Assembly (NCBI GenBank): GCA_910589185.1 | Contig: CAJUSU010000004.1 | Location: 10,195-74,194 of the forward strand | Direction: 5' to 3' | DNA length: 64,000 nt | From: an uncultured Clostridia bacterium | Lineage (GTDB): Bacteria; Bacillota; Clostridia; TANB77; CAG-508 | Shown here: piece by piece, positions 1 through 9,052 of the stretch | Numbering within the stretch: position 1 is the first letter of the stretch | Layout: the number at the start of each line of letters is the position of its first letter | Program-made: the position numbers and the translations under genes | Notes under the pieces: model-generated | The model's input: the letters and a program-made list of their open reading frames with translations, nothing else | The model's database searches: none | Told to the model about the DNA's origin: nothing

Positions 1-1224
1 ACATGGACAAGTAGCAACACAGGAGTAGCAACAGTAAATAGTAGTGGATTAGTAACAGCAAAAGCAGCAGGAAATGCAACAATTACTGTAAAGACATCAG
101 ATGGAAGTAACAAATCAGCGACATGTAGTATAACGGTACAACAATTAGCGACAGGAATTAGCGTGAGTCCAACGCCAACAACTGTGGAAAAAGGAAAGAC
201 AAGACAATTGACAGCAACGGTAACACCAAGCAATACATCTAATAAAGGAGTAACATGGACAAGTAGCAATACAGGAATTGCAACAGTAAACTCTAGTGGA
301 GTAGTAACAGGAGTAAAAGCAGGAAATGTAACAATCACAGTAAAGACAGCAGACGGAAGTAATAAATCAGCTACCTGTAGCATAACAGTACAAGATCCAA
401 CACCCGTTACAATAGGTTCAGATGATGCAAGTTGGGCGACAATGAATAGAATAGCAACAGCAATAGCAAAGGATAGCAGTATAAATAGTAGTTCAACAAA
501 AGCGACAGGATATACAGCAAATGGAGAACGATATGAAATAAGTGTAGGTGGAATTTATAAAGTAAAATACAATGGAGAAGAAAGAAGAGTAAGAGTATTA
601 GGCTTTAAACATGACGACTTAATAAATACAGGAGCATATGGAGGAAATCATAGTAAAGCAAGTATTAGTTTTGAATTCTTAGATTTTATGATAGGAAGCA
701 CATCTAAGAGTATGAATAGCAGCGATACAAACAGTGGAGGTTGGAGAGAAACTCAACTCAGAAAAGATTTAAACGGATATACAACAAGCAATTCAATTCA
801 AAATGGAGCAATTGGAGGACTAGGAGCAAATTTAAATAACAAAAGTTATATTAAACAAGTAAAGAAAAAGTATATTGCAACACATAATAATGCAAGTAGT
901 GTAACAACATGCAACGATTATTTATGGTTATTGGCATCAAGTGAAGTAGTAAATAGCGGCTATCAAAGTGGAGCATATGGAGTGGCAATTACATCAGAAG
1001 GAAGCCAATATAAATATTACCAAGGAGTGACAGAAGCGTATAATGTGTCAAGTGCAAATCGTGTAAAAAGGATGGCTTCTTCAGGTAGTGAGAACTACTG
1101 GGGACTCCGTTCACCTAGGTCTGGCTACAGTGATAAGTTTTGTGGAGTTAGTATAGATGGACGTGTTAACAATGGTGTTGGTGCAAATATCCGCATGGAC
1201 GTTACGCCTGGATTTTGCATCTAA
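1..1224 (+). CDS. Cell-surface protein, 5'-partial: tandem bacterial Ig-like (Big_2) repeats followed by a ~260-aa C-terminal domain of unknown function
   Basis: The reading frame is open from base 1 and in frame with the listed ORF at 163. Big_2-like segments recur (TATVTPSN...VTWTSSNTGIATVNSSG...GNVTITVKT.DGS.KSATCSITV). The C-terminal domain carries the motifs YLWLLASSE and NYWGLRSP. Confidence 0.7.
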   Translation, partial: TWTSSNTGVATVNSSGLVTAKAAGNATITVKTSDGSNKSATCSITVQQLATGISVSPTPTTVEKGKTRQLTATVTPSNTSNKGVTWTSSNTGIATVNSSGVVTGVKAGNVTITVKTADGSNKSATCSITVQDPTPVTIGSDDASWATMNRIATAIAKDSSINSSSTKATGYTANGERYEISVGGIYKVKYNGEERRVRVLGFKHDDLINTGAYGGNHSKASISFEFLDFMIGSTSKSMNSSDTNSGGWRETQLRKDLNGYTTSNSIQNGAIGGLGANLNNKSYIKQVKKKYIATHNNASSVTTCNDYLWLLASSEVVNSGYQSGAYGVAITSEGSQYKYYQGVTEAYNVSSANRVKRMASSGSENYWGLRSPRSGYSDKFCGVSIDGRVNNGVGANIRMDVTPGFCI

Positions 1225-1360
1225 TTGAAATAAAATTGAGAATGTAAAAATTTTTGTGGAATTTGAAAATATATTGAAAAAGGACTTCCTTATGATAAAA
1301 TGAAAATATCATAGGGAGGTTTTTGCTTTGAAAAATTAAAACAATTTATCCTAATACTAT

Positions 1361-1390
1361 AAAACGAAAACCTAAAAATAAAAGTAAACC
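1361..1390 (+). promoter_or_regulatory. Candidate LytTR (AgrA-like) direct-repeat box upstream of agrB
   Basis: Imperfect direct repeats AAAACGAAAACC and AAAAGTAAACC lie ~19 bp apart in the agrB upstream region. The spacing is close to, but not exactly, the ~21-bp phasing typical of LytTR sites. Confidence 0.2.
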
Positions 1391-1528
1391 AAAATTTATG
1401 AAAGTGGAAAAAATCGATAAGAAAAATAAAACGATATTTTTTACATTATATTTTATACCTTTCTGTAACGATGTCGAAAAAAGAAGAAAATCTGATTTAA
1501 AATAGTTATGACATCAAGAGAGAGGTAA

Positions 1529-2155
1529 ATGAAAATGATAGATAAATTTTGTGACTGGATTACTGAGCAAATAAAAGGAAAAATGCCAGAAATGGATGAA
1601 GAAAAAGAAGCAGTAATCAATTTTGGAGTAAGATTATTATTTGGTGAAATACCAAAAATTATAGCATTATTTATAATTGGTTTCTTACTACAAATTGGGT
1701 GGTATTCGCTTTTAATCTACTTTTTACTAGCACCCTATCGTAGCTCTACAGGTGGATTTCACCTAAAAACACATTGGGGCTGCATGTTAAGTAGCATCGT
1801 ACTTTATATTGTACCAATTCTAATGGCAAAATATATTCCTATATCACAAGAATATATTATTTACGTTATGACTGGAATAATAGGAATTTTAAGTAGTATT
1901 TTCATTTTCAAATATGCTCCAGCAGATACGGAAAATATTCCGATTTTAAGCAAACAAGAAAGAAAAACAAAAAGAATAAAGTCATATATTTCATTAGGAA
2001 TTTTATTAACTATTATTGTTTTTGTTCCAGATAAAATAGTAAGCTATATGCTACTATATGGAATGTTTTTACAAGACTTAACCTTAACACCAATAGCCTA
2101 TAAATTAACAAAAAATAAATATAGCTATGAAGTATATACAGAAGAAACAGCCTAA
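1529..2155 (+). CDS. agrB: Accessory gene regulator B (AgrB), the membrane peptidase that processes AgrD
   Basis: 208-aa polytopic membrane protein with the AgrB catalytic region RSSTGGFHLKTHWGC (conserved His and Cys). It sits immediately upstream of an AgrD-like peptide gene. Confidence 0.85.
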   Translation: MKMIDKFCDWITEQIKGKMPEMDEEKEAVINFGVRLLFGEIPKIIALFIIGFLLQIGWYSLLIYFLLAPYRSSTGGFHLKTHWGCMLSSIVLYIVPILMAKYIPISQEYIIYVMTGIIGILSSIFIFKYAPADTENIPILSKQERKTKRIKSYISLGILLTIIVFVPDKIVSYMLLYGMFLQDLTLTPIAYKLTKNKYSYEVYTEETA

Positions 2156-2224
2156 ATTCGGTAATTTTGCATTAGCCGGCAATGCATGATTATATAAACT
2201 TATGAATAAGTAAGGAGGAAACAA

Positions 2225-2344
2225 ATGTTAAAATTATTAGCTAAAGTAGCTGAAAAATATGCTAAATCAACAAATAGTGCATGTTTTCTTTGGGGATTAG
2301 TTCATCAACCAAAGATGCCTGCATCATTAATCAAAAAAGATTAG
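2225..2344 (+). CDS. agrD: AgrD autoinducing-peptide precursor (39 aa)
   Basis: MLKLLAKVAEKYAKSTNSACFLWGLVHQPKMPASLIKKD has an amphipathic N-terminus, a central Cys-containing segment (SACFLWG) and a charged C-terminal tail with an HQP motif, paralleling clostridial AgrD (..SAC....HQPEEP..). RBS is taaGGAGGaaacaaATG. The ORF is too small for the supplied track. Confidence 0.8.
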   Translation: MLKLLAKVAEKYAKSTNSACFLWGLVHQPKMPASLIKKD

Positions 2345-2440
2345 TTAATGAAAAAAGAAAAGTATAAATAATTCGCACACAAAAAATAAAAAAAGTTAAA
2401 TAAAAAATATATAATATTTCCTTAAAACATAAAAATTGAC

Positions 2441-2479
2441 AAAAAAAGTAGAGGTTTGATACACACTCTACTTTTTTTA
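2441..2479. terminator. Bidirectional rho-independent terminator between convergent agrD and agrC
   Basis: An A-run, then GTAGAG...CTCTAC hairpin, then TTTTTTT. Confidence 0.6.
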
Positions 2480-2502
2480 GTTCTAGAAACTTAATTCTAT
2501 AT

Positions 2503-3858
2503 TTAATAATAAATTTCAAATTGTTGTCTAAAATATTCAGCATCTTTAGTTGTAAATAAGTTTAAGTTATTATTTCTTTTCAAAATTTGTCTTACTTCCC
2601 ATAATCCAAGTCCACTATTCGTTTTTCTTGATTTCGTAGAATAAGATTTCTCATAAATTTTTTCTGTATTAATTGTTTTATCTAAGTAAGTATTTTCAAT
2701 TACCATAAGAAAACGATGTCTAGAATCTTCTTTACGAAAAGTAACATGAATAATTTTATCTTTACATTCAATGGCAGCTTCAATAGCATTATCCATTAAA
2801 ATACCTAAAATTCTTGTAAACTCATAAATTTTTAAATGATGTTCTAAATCATTTAAGTCCATGAAAATGCCTAAATTAATTTGAATACCATTTTCATCAG
2901 CACGGTGATATTTAGCAGCCATAACATTATAAATAGCAGGATTATTAATAACAGTTGGACTTAGTGCAGTTAAGTTATTAACACGGTTACAGTCTTGTAA
3001 TAATTGACGATAATATTTTTCAAGTCCTTCTAAATCTTTTTTATCAATATAACCACCAAGACCTTGTACAATATTATGAAAATCATGTTTGAAACCTCTC
3101 ATATTATCATGTAACAAGATTAAAGTTTTATTATATAATTGAGCTTCTTCTAAACTTTGAGAAGTAGTATTCAATTTATTTGTGTTAATCAAACTATACA
3201 TACTAATAAAGAAATAAGCAGATAAACTTAAAATACTGAGTATAGTAATTGCAACAGGCATTTTATCACTATAAAATGCCAATATGTAAAATTGTGAACA
3301 AATAGAAGTAAGACCTAAAATAGCATTAATGATAAATAATACTTTATTCCTTCTATTCATGCTTTCTAAGCTAATATGGAATTTACAATAACGAATAATT
3401 CTATATAATAAGTATAAACATAAATAGATACTAGCAGTAAAAGTAATTCTATAAAAAGGAGCAGTCATTACTGACTCATAAGAAATATGAAATACAACAA
3501 AATAGAGTCTAAGAATAAATTGTTCTAAAATACTAACAAGAGATAACCCGATAAATTCAGCAACAAAAGATTTAATCAAAGAGGTTTTAAAGATAATCTT
3601 AATTAGAATTAGGCTAATGATTAAGTTTGAGACACTGCCATATGGATCAGGAATGAAAGTTCTAATAATATAACCAGTAATTCCCCAGACAAGAACATAG
3701 AGAACTTTTCTTTTTCTAGTAGTTTTAATATCTAAAATAGTAGTGAATAATAACATATTCACTATAGCATCTATGATAAAAAGGGGAAAGAATAAAATTG
3801 CTGATAATGTTTCATTTGGTGTTGTTAATGCTGTCCACACAGTTTGGAATATTTCCAT
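2503..3858 (-). CDS. agrC: AgrC-like sensor histidine kinase (multi-TM sensor domain plus GHKL/HATPase_c_5)
   Basis: N-terminal ~6 TM helices and a C-terminal ATPase region ending ..SGLGLWEVRQILKRNNN... It lies adjacent to a LytTR regulator. The annotated start overlaps the agrA stop by 47 nt, so the true start may be an internal Met. Confidence 0.8.
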   Translation of the reverse strand: MEIFQTVWTALTTPNETLSAILFFPLFIIDAIVNMLLFTTILDIKTTRKRKVLYVLVWGITGYIIRTFIPDPYGSVSNLIISLILIKIIFKTSLIKSFVAEFIGLSLVSILEQFILRLYFVVFHISYESVMTAPFYRITFTASIYLCLYLLYRIIRYCKFHISLESMNRRNKVLFIINAILGLTSICSQFYILAFYSDKMPVAITILSILSLSAYFFISMYSLINTNKLNTTSQSLEEAQLYNKTLILLHDNMRGFKHDFHNIVQGLGGYIDKKDLEGLEKYYRQLLQDCNRVNNLTALSPTVINNPAIYNVMAAKYHRADENGIQINLGIFMDLNDLEHHLKIYEFTRILGILMDNAIEAAIECKDKIIHVTFRKEDSRHRFLMVIENTYLDKTINTEKIYEKSYSTKSRKTNSGLGLWEVRQILKRNNNLNLFTTKDAEYFRQQFEIYY

Positions 3859-4558
3859 AATTTAATACCTCCATTAATTGGCTTTTATATTTAGGACCAA
3901 TATAACATTTTAAATCCTGATTATTATTAAGAAAAATAGAATTATTTGTAATATCGATGTCAGTTATTTTCTTTGTATTAACAATATAAGATTTATGACA
4001 TTGCACAAATTGATGCGGTAACTGAGGAAGGATTTTCTTAAAAGAACTATAGCTTTCATAATCTCTGGTGTCGGTGTGAAAAATAACTTTCATGCCATCT
4101 TTTTGAATATATTGAATTCCATCTTGCTTAATAATAGTTTTATTATTATCTAACCTTACAAATTGGGTATCGTCTCCAAACATATCATCAACTAAACGAT
4201 CTATAGTGTCTAATAATCTTTCTATAGTAACAGGTTTGGATAAATAATCAAAAGTTTTGTATTTATAAGCAATCAAACCATATTCTAAATGACCAGTAGT
4301 AAAAATAATATAAACATTTTTATCTTGTTTCCTAATTAAATTAGCTAAGTCTAATCCCGTTACTTTGGCTTTCAAATCGATATCTAAAATAACAACATTA
4401 ACAGAGTGATGTTTAATATAATTGACCAAATCGCCAGGTTCTGTAGTGCTTAAGACAATTTGCGCCTCTAGACCTCTAGCTATAAAAGCAGATTCTAAAA
4501 GTTTTTCTAATCTATTAAGGGCATTCGAATTATCATCGCATATTACAAAATCTAACAT
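3812..4558 (-). CDS. agrA: AgrA-like LytTR-family response regulator
   Basis: N-terminal receiver domain (MLDFVICDD...VVILDIDL) and a C-terminal LytTR DNA-binding domain (FVQCHKSYIVN...). Confidence 0.85.
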   Translation of the reverse strand: MLDFVICDDNSNALNRLEKLLESAFIARGLEAQIVLSTTEPGDLVNYIKHHSVNVVILDIDLKAKVTGLDLANLIRKQDKNVYIIFTTGHLEYGLIAYKYKTFDYLSKPVTIERLLDTIDRLVDDMFGDDTQFVRLDNNKTIIKQDGIQYIQKDGMKVIFHTDTRDYESYSSFKKILPQLPHQFVQCHKSYIVNTKKITDIDITNNSIFLNNNQDLKCYIGPKYKSQLMEVLNYGNIPNCVDSINNTK

Positions 4559-4877
4559 TAATTTTATCCTCCGTATCTATTATATAATTAGAAATACTCT
4601 AAATAAAAAAGTTCGACAAAAAAGAACGACATCACCTAAATTTTTCCAATTATAGTATAAATATAATCTAAAAGAAAAACAATGTCAAGATGTTTTGAAA
4701 AAAATATTTTTATGTCGAATATAAAAGAAAAAGGTAGAAATAAAAAAGTAAAAAAATGGTAATAAAGCAGTAAAGAATTACTAAACATATTAATCTTTAA
4801 GTTAATAAACAAAGTTCTAGTAATAACTTATAAAATGTTTCATAAGATGAAACAAAGTGAGTAGAAAGGATGATTTT

Positions 4878-5705
4878 ATGAAAAAAATACTCCAAGATAA
4901 TGTAAAGATAGTTACTGCTATTGCAGTTACAGTAGGGTTATTGTTATTTGCTTTTATCGTTGCTCAAACGAACCAGCAAAAAGATACTATTACAACAAGT
5001 GGAACTTCGACCTTAAGTAACAAAAAGATAGGATGGGGCATTAAAAGAGAAGACAATCACAAACAACCAGATGTAGGAAGTATCAATAAAAGAATTATTG
5101 AACAATATGATGGAATTTGCATGGGAAATCCAGAAATGCCATATGTGTATTTGACATTTGACAATGGTTATGAAGCAGGATATACCGAGAAAATTCTAGC
5201 AGTATTAAAAGAAAATCAAGTACCAGCAGCTTTTTTTATTACAGGTCACTATGTTAATTCACAACCAGAACTTGTTAAAAAAATGATAGACGAAGGGCAT
5301 ACAGTAGGAAACCACACGGTTAATCACAAAAGTATGCCAGATATTAGTGATGATCAAATTAAAACAGAAATGATGGACTTGCATAAATCTATTTATGAGA
5401 AATTCGGATACGAAATGAAATATACAAGACCACCAAAAGGAGAATATAGCGAAAGAACTATAGCATGTACGAATTCTTTAGGATATAAAACGGTTATGTG
5501 GTCTTTTGCTTATGATGATTGGGATGAAAATAAACAAGGAAGAGAAGAATATGGCAAAAAGAAGATCTTAGATAATGTACATAATGGAGCAGTTCTTTTA
5601 TTACATGGAACCTCAAAGGACAATAGTAATATTTTAGACGAATGTATTAAAGAGATTAAGAAAATGGGCTATGAATTTAGAAGTTTAGACCAATTTCAAA
5701 GATAA
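4878..5705 (+). CDS. Polysaccharide deacetylase (NodB-homology, PdaA/PdaB-like)
   Basis: NodB motifs YLTFDNGYE, HTVGNHTVNHKS and LLLHG, plus an N-terminal TM anchor. Start chosen at ATG 4878 downstream of the track GTG at 4857. Confidence 0.8.
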   Translation: MKKILQDNVKIVTAIAVTVGLLLFAFIVAQTNQQKDTITTSGTSTLSNKKIGWGIKREDNHKQPDVGSINKRIIEQYDGICMGNPEMPYVYLTFDNGYEAGYTEKILAVLKENQVPAAFFITGHYVNSQPELVKKMIDEGHTVGNHTVNHKSMPDISDDQIKTEMMDLHKSIYEKFGYEMKYTRPPKGEYSERTIACTNSLGYKTVMWSFAYDDWDENKQGREEYGKKKILDNVHNGAVLLLHGTSKDNSNILDECIKEIKKMGYEFRSLDQFQR

Positions 5706-5719
5706 ATGACAAAAGGAAT

Positions 5720-6049
5720 ATGAGAAAGAAAGAGGCAATAATCATGAGAGAAAAAAGAACAAAAAGAATACCAAATAAAATTAACCGAATATTAGAGATA
5801 CCACAAGAAGTATCTTCTAATGTTCCTAAAATAACAATACTTGGTTTTGAACAAATGATGATTGAAAATTATAAGGCAATTTTAGAATACCAAGATTTCT
5901 ACATTCGTCTTAGCACAGAAATTGGCATCTTAAATATCAATGGGTTTCATTTGAATTTGAAAGAAATGACCACTGACGATTTGCAAATTAGTGGCAAAAT
6001 AGATAGTATTGACTTTGAAGCTATAGAAGATGATGAAAATAATACGTAA
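5720..6049 (+). CDS. yqfC: Sporulation protein YqfC
   Basis: ~100-aa protein with a YqfC-like sequence (EIPQEV...PKITILGFEQMMIENYKAILEYQD) immediately upstream of yqfD. Confidence 0.75.
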   Translation: MRKKEAIIMREKRTKRIPNKINRILEIPQEVSSNVPKITILGFEQMMIENYKAILEYQDFYIRLSTEIGILNINGFHLNLKEMTTDDLQISGKIDSIDFEAIEDDENNT

Positions 6050-6063
6050 ATCAATGTCACATT

Positions 6064-7272
6064 ATGAAAATGAAAGGAAAGACGCAAATGTATTTTAAAA
6101 TACTGATGGCATATCTTTTGGGATATGTTACGATAGAAGTAGAAGGATATTACATAGAAAGATTTATGAATATCTGTAACAACCAAAAAATATTTCTATG
6201 GAACATCAAAAGGCCAAAGACAGCTATTATGAGGGTAAATATATCTATTCAAGATTTTAAGAAAATAAAGCCAATTGCTAAGAAAACCAAATGTAAAATT
6301 AAAATAGACAATAAAAAAGGAGTGCCATTTTTCTTTCACCGTTATCAAAAGCGTAAAATATTTTTTATTTTCTTTTTGTTAGTTATCATAGGAACTGTAA
6401 CATTATCCAATTTTATTTGGAATATTGAAATTACAGGAACAGATAAAATAGACCCGCAAGAAATTAAACAATTATTAGAGGAAAACGATTTTAAACTAGG
6501 GAAAATGAAAGCGACAATAAATACAAAACAAGTTATTGACCAAATACGCTTGCAAAGAGCTGACATTGCATGGATAGGAATTGAAATTAGTGGGACAAAT
6601 GCTACAGTTAAAATTGTAGAGGCAGATTTAAAACCAGATATCATACCAGAAGAAGAATATTGTAATTTAATAGCTACAAAAGAAGGAATGATTACAAAAA
6701 TATCAGCTCAAAATGGTACTCCCCTAATAAAGGAAGGGGAGATTGTAAAAAAAGGCAGTGTGTTAGTAGGAGGGTGGCTAGAAGGAAAATATACTGGAAC
6801 TCGATATGTTCATGCAAATGGCGAAGTTCAGGCAAAAGTATGGTATTCTGAAAAGATACAAATACCATTCAATCAAGAGAAAAAGGAGCTCACAGGAATC
6901 GAGGAAAAGAAATATTCCGTAAAGATAAATAATTTTGAAATAAATTTTGCAAAAAAGCTTCCCAAATTTGAAAATTATGATACAATAGAGTCAACTAAAA
7001 AATTGAGATTATTTTCCGATTTTTATTTGCCAATTGAAGTGCATGAAAAAGTGTATCAAGAGTACCAAAAACAGCCAGTTTCTTATTCTTTAGAAGAAGC
7101 CAAGAAAATGGGAGAAGAGGAACTAAGCAAAAGACTAGAAGAGCAAATAGAAAATAAAGAAGCCATATTAGATAAGAAAGTAACGCAGACGCATACAGAA
7201 GAATATGTGGAAGTGGAGGTAATCTACGAGGTACTTGAAAACATTGCGACAAAAGAAAAAATTGTGTTTTAA
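6064..7272 (+). CDS. yqfD: Sporulation protein YqfD (stage IV sporulation)
   Basis: 402-aa protein with the YqfD N-terminal region (YLLGYVTIEVEGYYIERFMNIC) and a central TM, in the conserved yqfC-yqfD order. Confidence 0.8.
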   Translation: MKMKGKTQMYFKILMAYLLGYVTIEVEGYYIERFMNICNNQKIFLWNIKRPKTAIMRVNISIQDFKKIKPIAKKTKCKIKIDNKKGVPFFFHRYQKRKIFFIFFLLVIIGTVTLSNFIWNIEITGTDKIDPQEIKQLLEENDFKLGKMKATINTKQVIDQIRLQRADIAWIGIEISGTNATVKIVEADLKPDIIPEEEYCNLIATKEGMITKISAQNGTPLIKEGEIVKKGSVLVGGWLEGKYTGTRYVHANGEVQAKVWYSEKIQIPFNQEKKELTGIEEKKYSVKINNFEINFAKKLPKFENYDTIESTKKLRLFSDFYLPIEVHEKVYQEYQKQPVSYSLEEAKKMGEEELSKRLEEQIENKEAILDKKVTQTHTEEYVEVEVIYEVLENIATKEKIVF

Positions 7273-7286
7273 AAAGGAGAAAAGCC

Positions 7287-8519
7287 ATGGAAGAAAGAAG
7301 CTTGAGAGTATACCAAGAGAAAACCTTTTTCTCTAAGATTAGCAATACACTAACAAAATTATTAACTCCAACGAAAGTTGGAATTAATGGAGTATTAATT
7401 TCTATTAAAAGAAATAATGCTTTAAAGAATTTTGAGATATATAAAGAAAACGAAGATATAGAAGATCAAACAAAGTTAGAAGCAATCACAAAAAAATATG
7501 AAGATATTTATGCTCTATACCTAGAGTCTATTGACAAATATATCATGGATTCTATTTACAAAAAAGTAAAAAATGATACTGCATCAGATTTTGAAAAAAA
7601 TGCATTATCACAATATTATGCTATTGTGCATTTAAAAGAAACAGAGTATTTAGAGTATAAATATAAAAAGCAAATGTACTTATTAAACTTAGATTATGAA
7701 ACAGTAGATAATCTAAATAAACCAGCATTATCAGAAAGATATAAATTTTTATATAGTAGCCAAATGGAAAGCCTATATAAAGGTTTATTAAAACATTATT
7801 CTATCAAACTTGCAGATAATTTAACGCCGGGTGCAAAAGAGGATGTGTTTAATAAAATCTTCTTTACTTTAGAAGAATATATAGAAAACATTTTGCCATT
7901 AAAAATGGAGCAAGAACCTGAAAACAAGGTATATAAAGAAATTGTAGATGAATATCAAAGTTTTGAGAAATTTACAGTTGGTAAACTAGACCAAAATGAT
8001 ACGATTGAAAAAAATATGATACTATTAGGACTAAGCAGAAAACTATTTACTCACAGTTTACCATTAATTGTTGCAGAGCAATGTTACGAAAAATTACTAA
8101 ATGATATTAGAAGCTTAATTGTAGACACTAAAATAGCCCGTAAACAAGAAAAAGCTTACACTTTACTAATTACTTTAATAGAAGAATATAATGTAAAATT
8201 ACTAGCAACTAAAATTTATTGGGATAAGCCAGCATTAAGAGAAGAATACAAGGCGTTTTGGAAACAATACCAGGAAACAAACAAGAAGAAAGATATCAAC
8301 TACATGGATTATCTTCAAGAAAAACAAGTACTATTCCTACGTAATGACTTGAAAAAATTACGTAGCAATGAGAATAAATACTATAAAATTATTCAATTCT
8401 ATCAAGCAAAATTAGTAGCATTAGGTGCTATGAAAAATGTAAAAAATCATTGTATTTCTAGTGGCAAATATATTAAGGCAGCAAATCAAGGAAAACATAG
8501 TTGTAAGAAGGTAAGTTAA
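7287..8519 (+). CDS. Hypothetical K/E/Y-rich all-alpha soluble protein (410 aa)
   Basis: Strong RBS (aaaGGAGaaaagccATG). No Walker motif and no TM. It occupies the position where phoH normally sits between yqfD and ybeY. Confidence 0.6.
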   Translation: MEERSLRVYQEKTFFSKISNTLTKLLTPTKVGINGVLISIKRNNALKNFEIYKENEDIEDQTKLEAITKKYEDIYALYLESIDKYIMDSIYKKVKNDTASDFEKNALSQYYAIVHLKETEYLEYKYKKQMYLLNLDYETVDNLNKPALSERYKFLYSSQMESLYKGLLKHYSIKLADNLTPGAKEDVFNKIFFTLEEYIENILPLKMEQEPENKVYKEIVDEYQSFEKFTVGKLDQNDTIEKNMILLGLSRKLFTHSLPLIVAEQCYEKLLNDIRSLIVDTKIARKQEKAYTLLITLIEEYNVKLLATKIYWDKPALREEYKAFWKQYQETNKKKDINYMDYLQEKQVLFLRNDLKKLRSNENKYYKIIQFYQAKLVALGAMKNVKNHCISSGKYIKAANQGKHSCKKVS

Positions 8520-8520
8520 A

Positions 8521-9030
8521 ATGATTAAGATGGCAGAAGTCATATTTCAGGATATTCCAGAAAATAAGGAATATCAAGAATTAACAGAGAAAGTAATACA
8601 AAAATGCTTTGAGGTAGAGAAAATAAATCCTACCTCTTTGTATATTTGCGTCACTTTCACAACACCCAAAAATATTAGACAAGCTAATAAGCAGTATCGT
8701 GATATTGACAAAGAGACAGATGTCTTATCTTTTCCTATGTTTGAGCAAGAAGAACTAGATAAAATGATAAAAAACCATACCTTAGAAGAATGGAAACAAG
8801 ACATAGAAAATGAAGTTTTGCAAGAAATTTTAGGTGACATTATCATTTCAATTGAAAGAGTGAAAGAACAAGCAAAAGAATATGGACATTCTTTTGAAAG
8901 AGAATTAGCGTATATGTTAGTACATGGATTTTATCATTTAAGAGGTTATGACCACATGGAAGAGGATGAAAAGAAAATCATGAGAGAAAAAGAGGAAAAT
9001 GTTTTGTCACAGCTAGAAATTATGAGATAA
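8521..9030 (+). CDS. ybeY: rRNA maturation endoribonuclease YbeY
   Basis: Metal-binding motif HGFYHLRGYDH near the C-terminus, ~165 aa. Confidence 0.9.
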   Translation: MIKMAEVIFQDIPENKEYQELTEKVIQKCFEVEKINPTSLYICVTFTTPKNIRQANKQYRDIDKETDVLSFPMFEQEELDKMIKNHTLEEWKQDIENEVLQEILGDIIISIERVKEQAKEYGHSFERELAYMLVHGFYHLRGYDHMEEDEKKIMREKEENVLSQLEIMR

Positions 9031-9052
9031 ATAAAGCAGAAAGGGTGGAACA

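Noticed and set aside
2331-2543. 70-aa minus-strand ORF in the agrD-agrC intergenic region
   Set aside because: It is low-complexity and AT-rich, spans the bidirectional terminator hairpin, has no RBS, and overlaps the agrD stop region. It is most likely non-coding.
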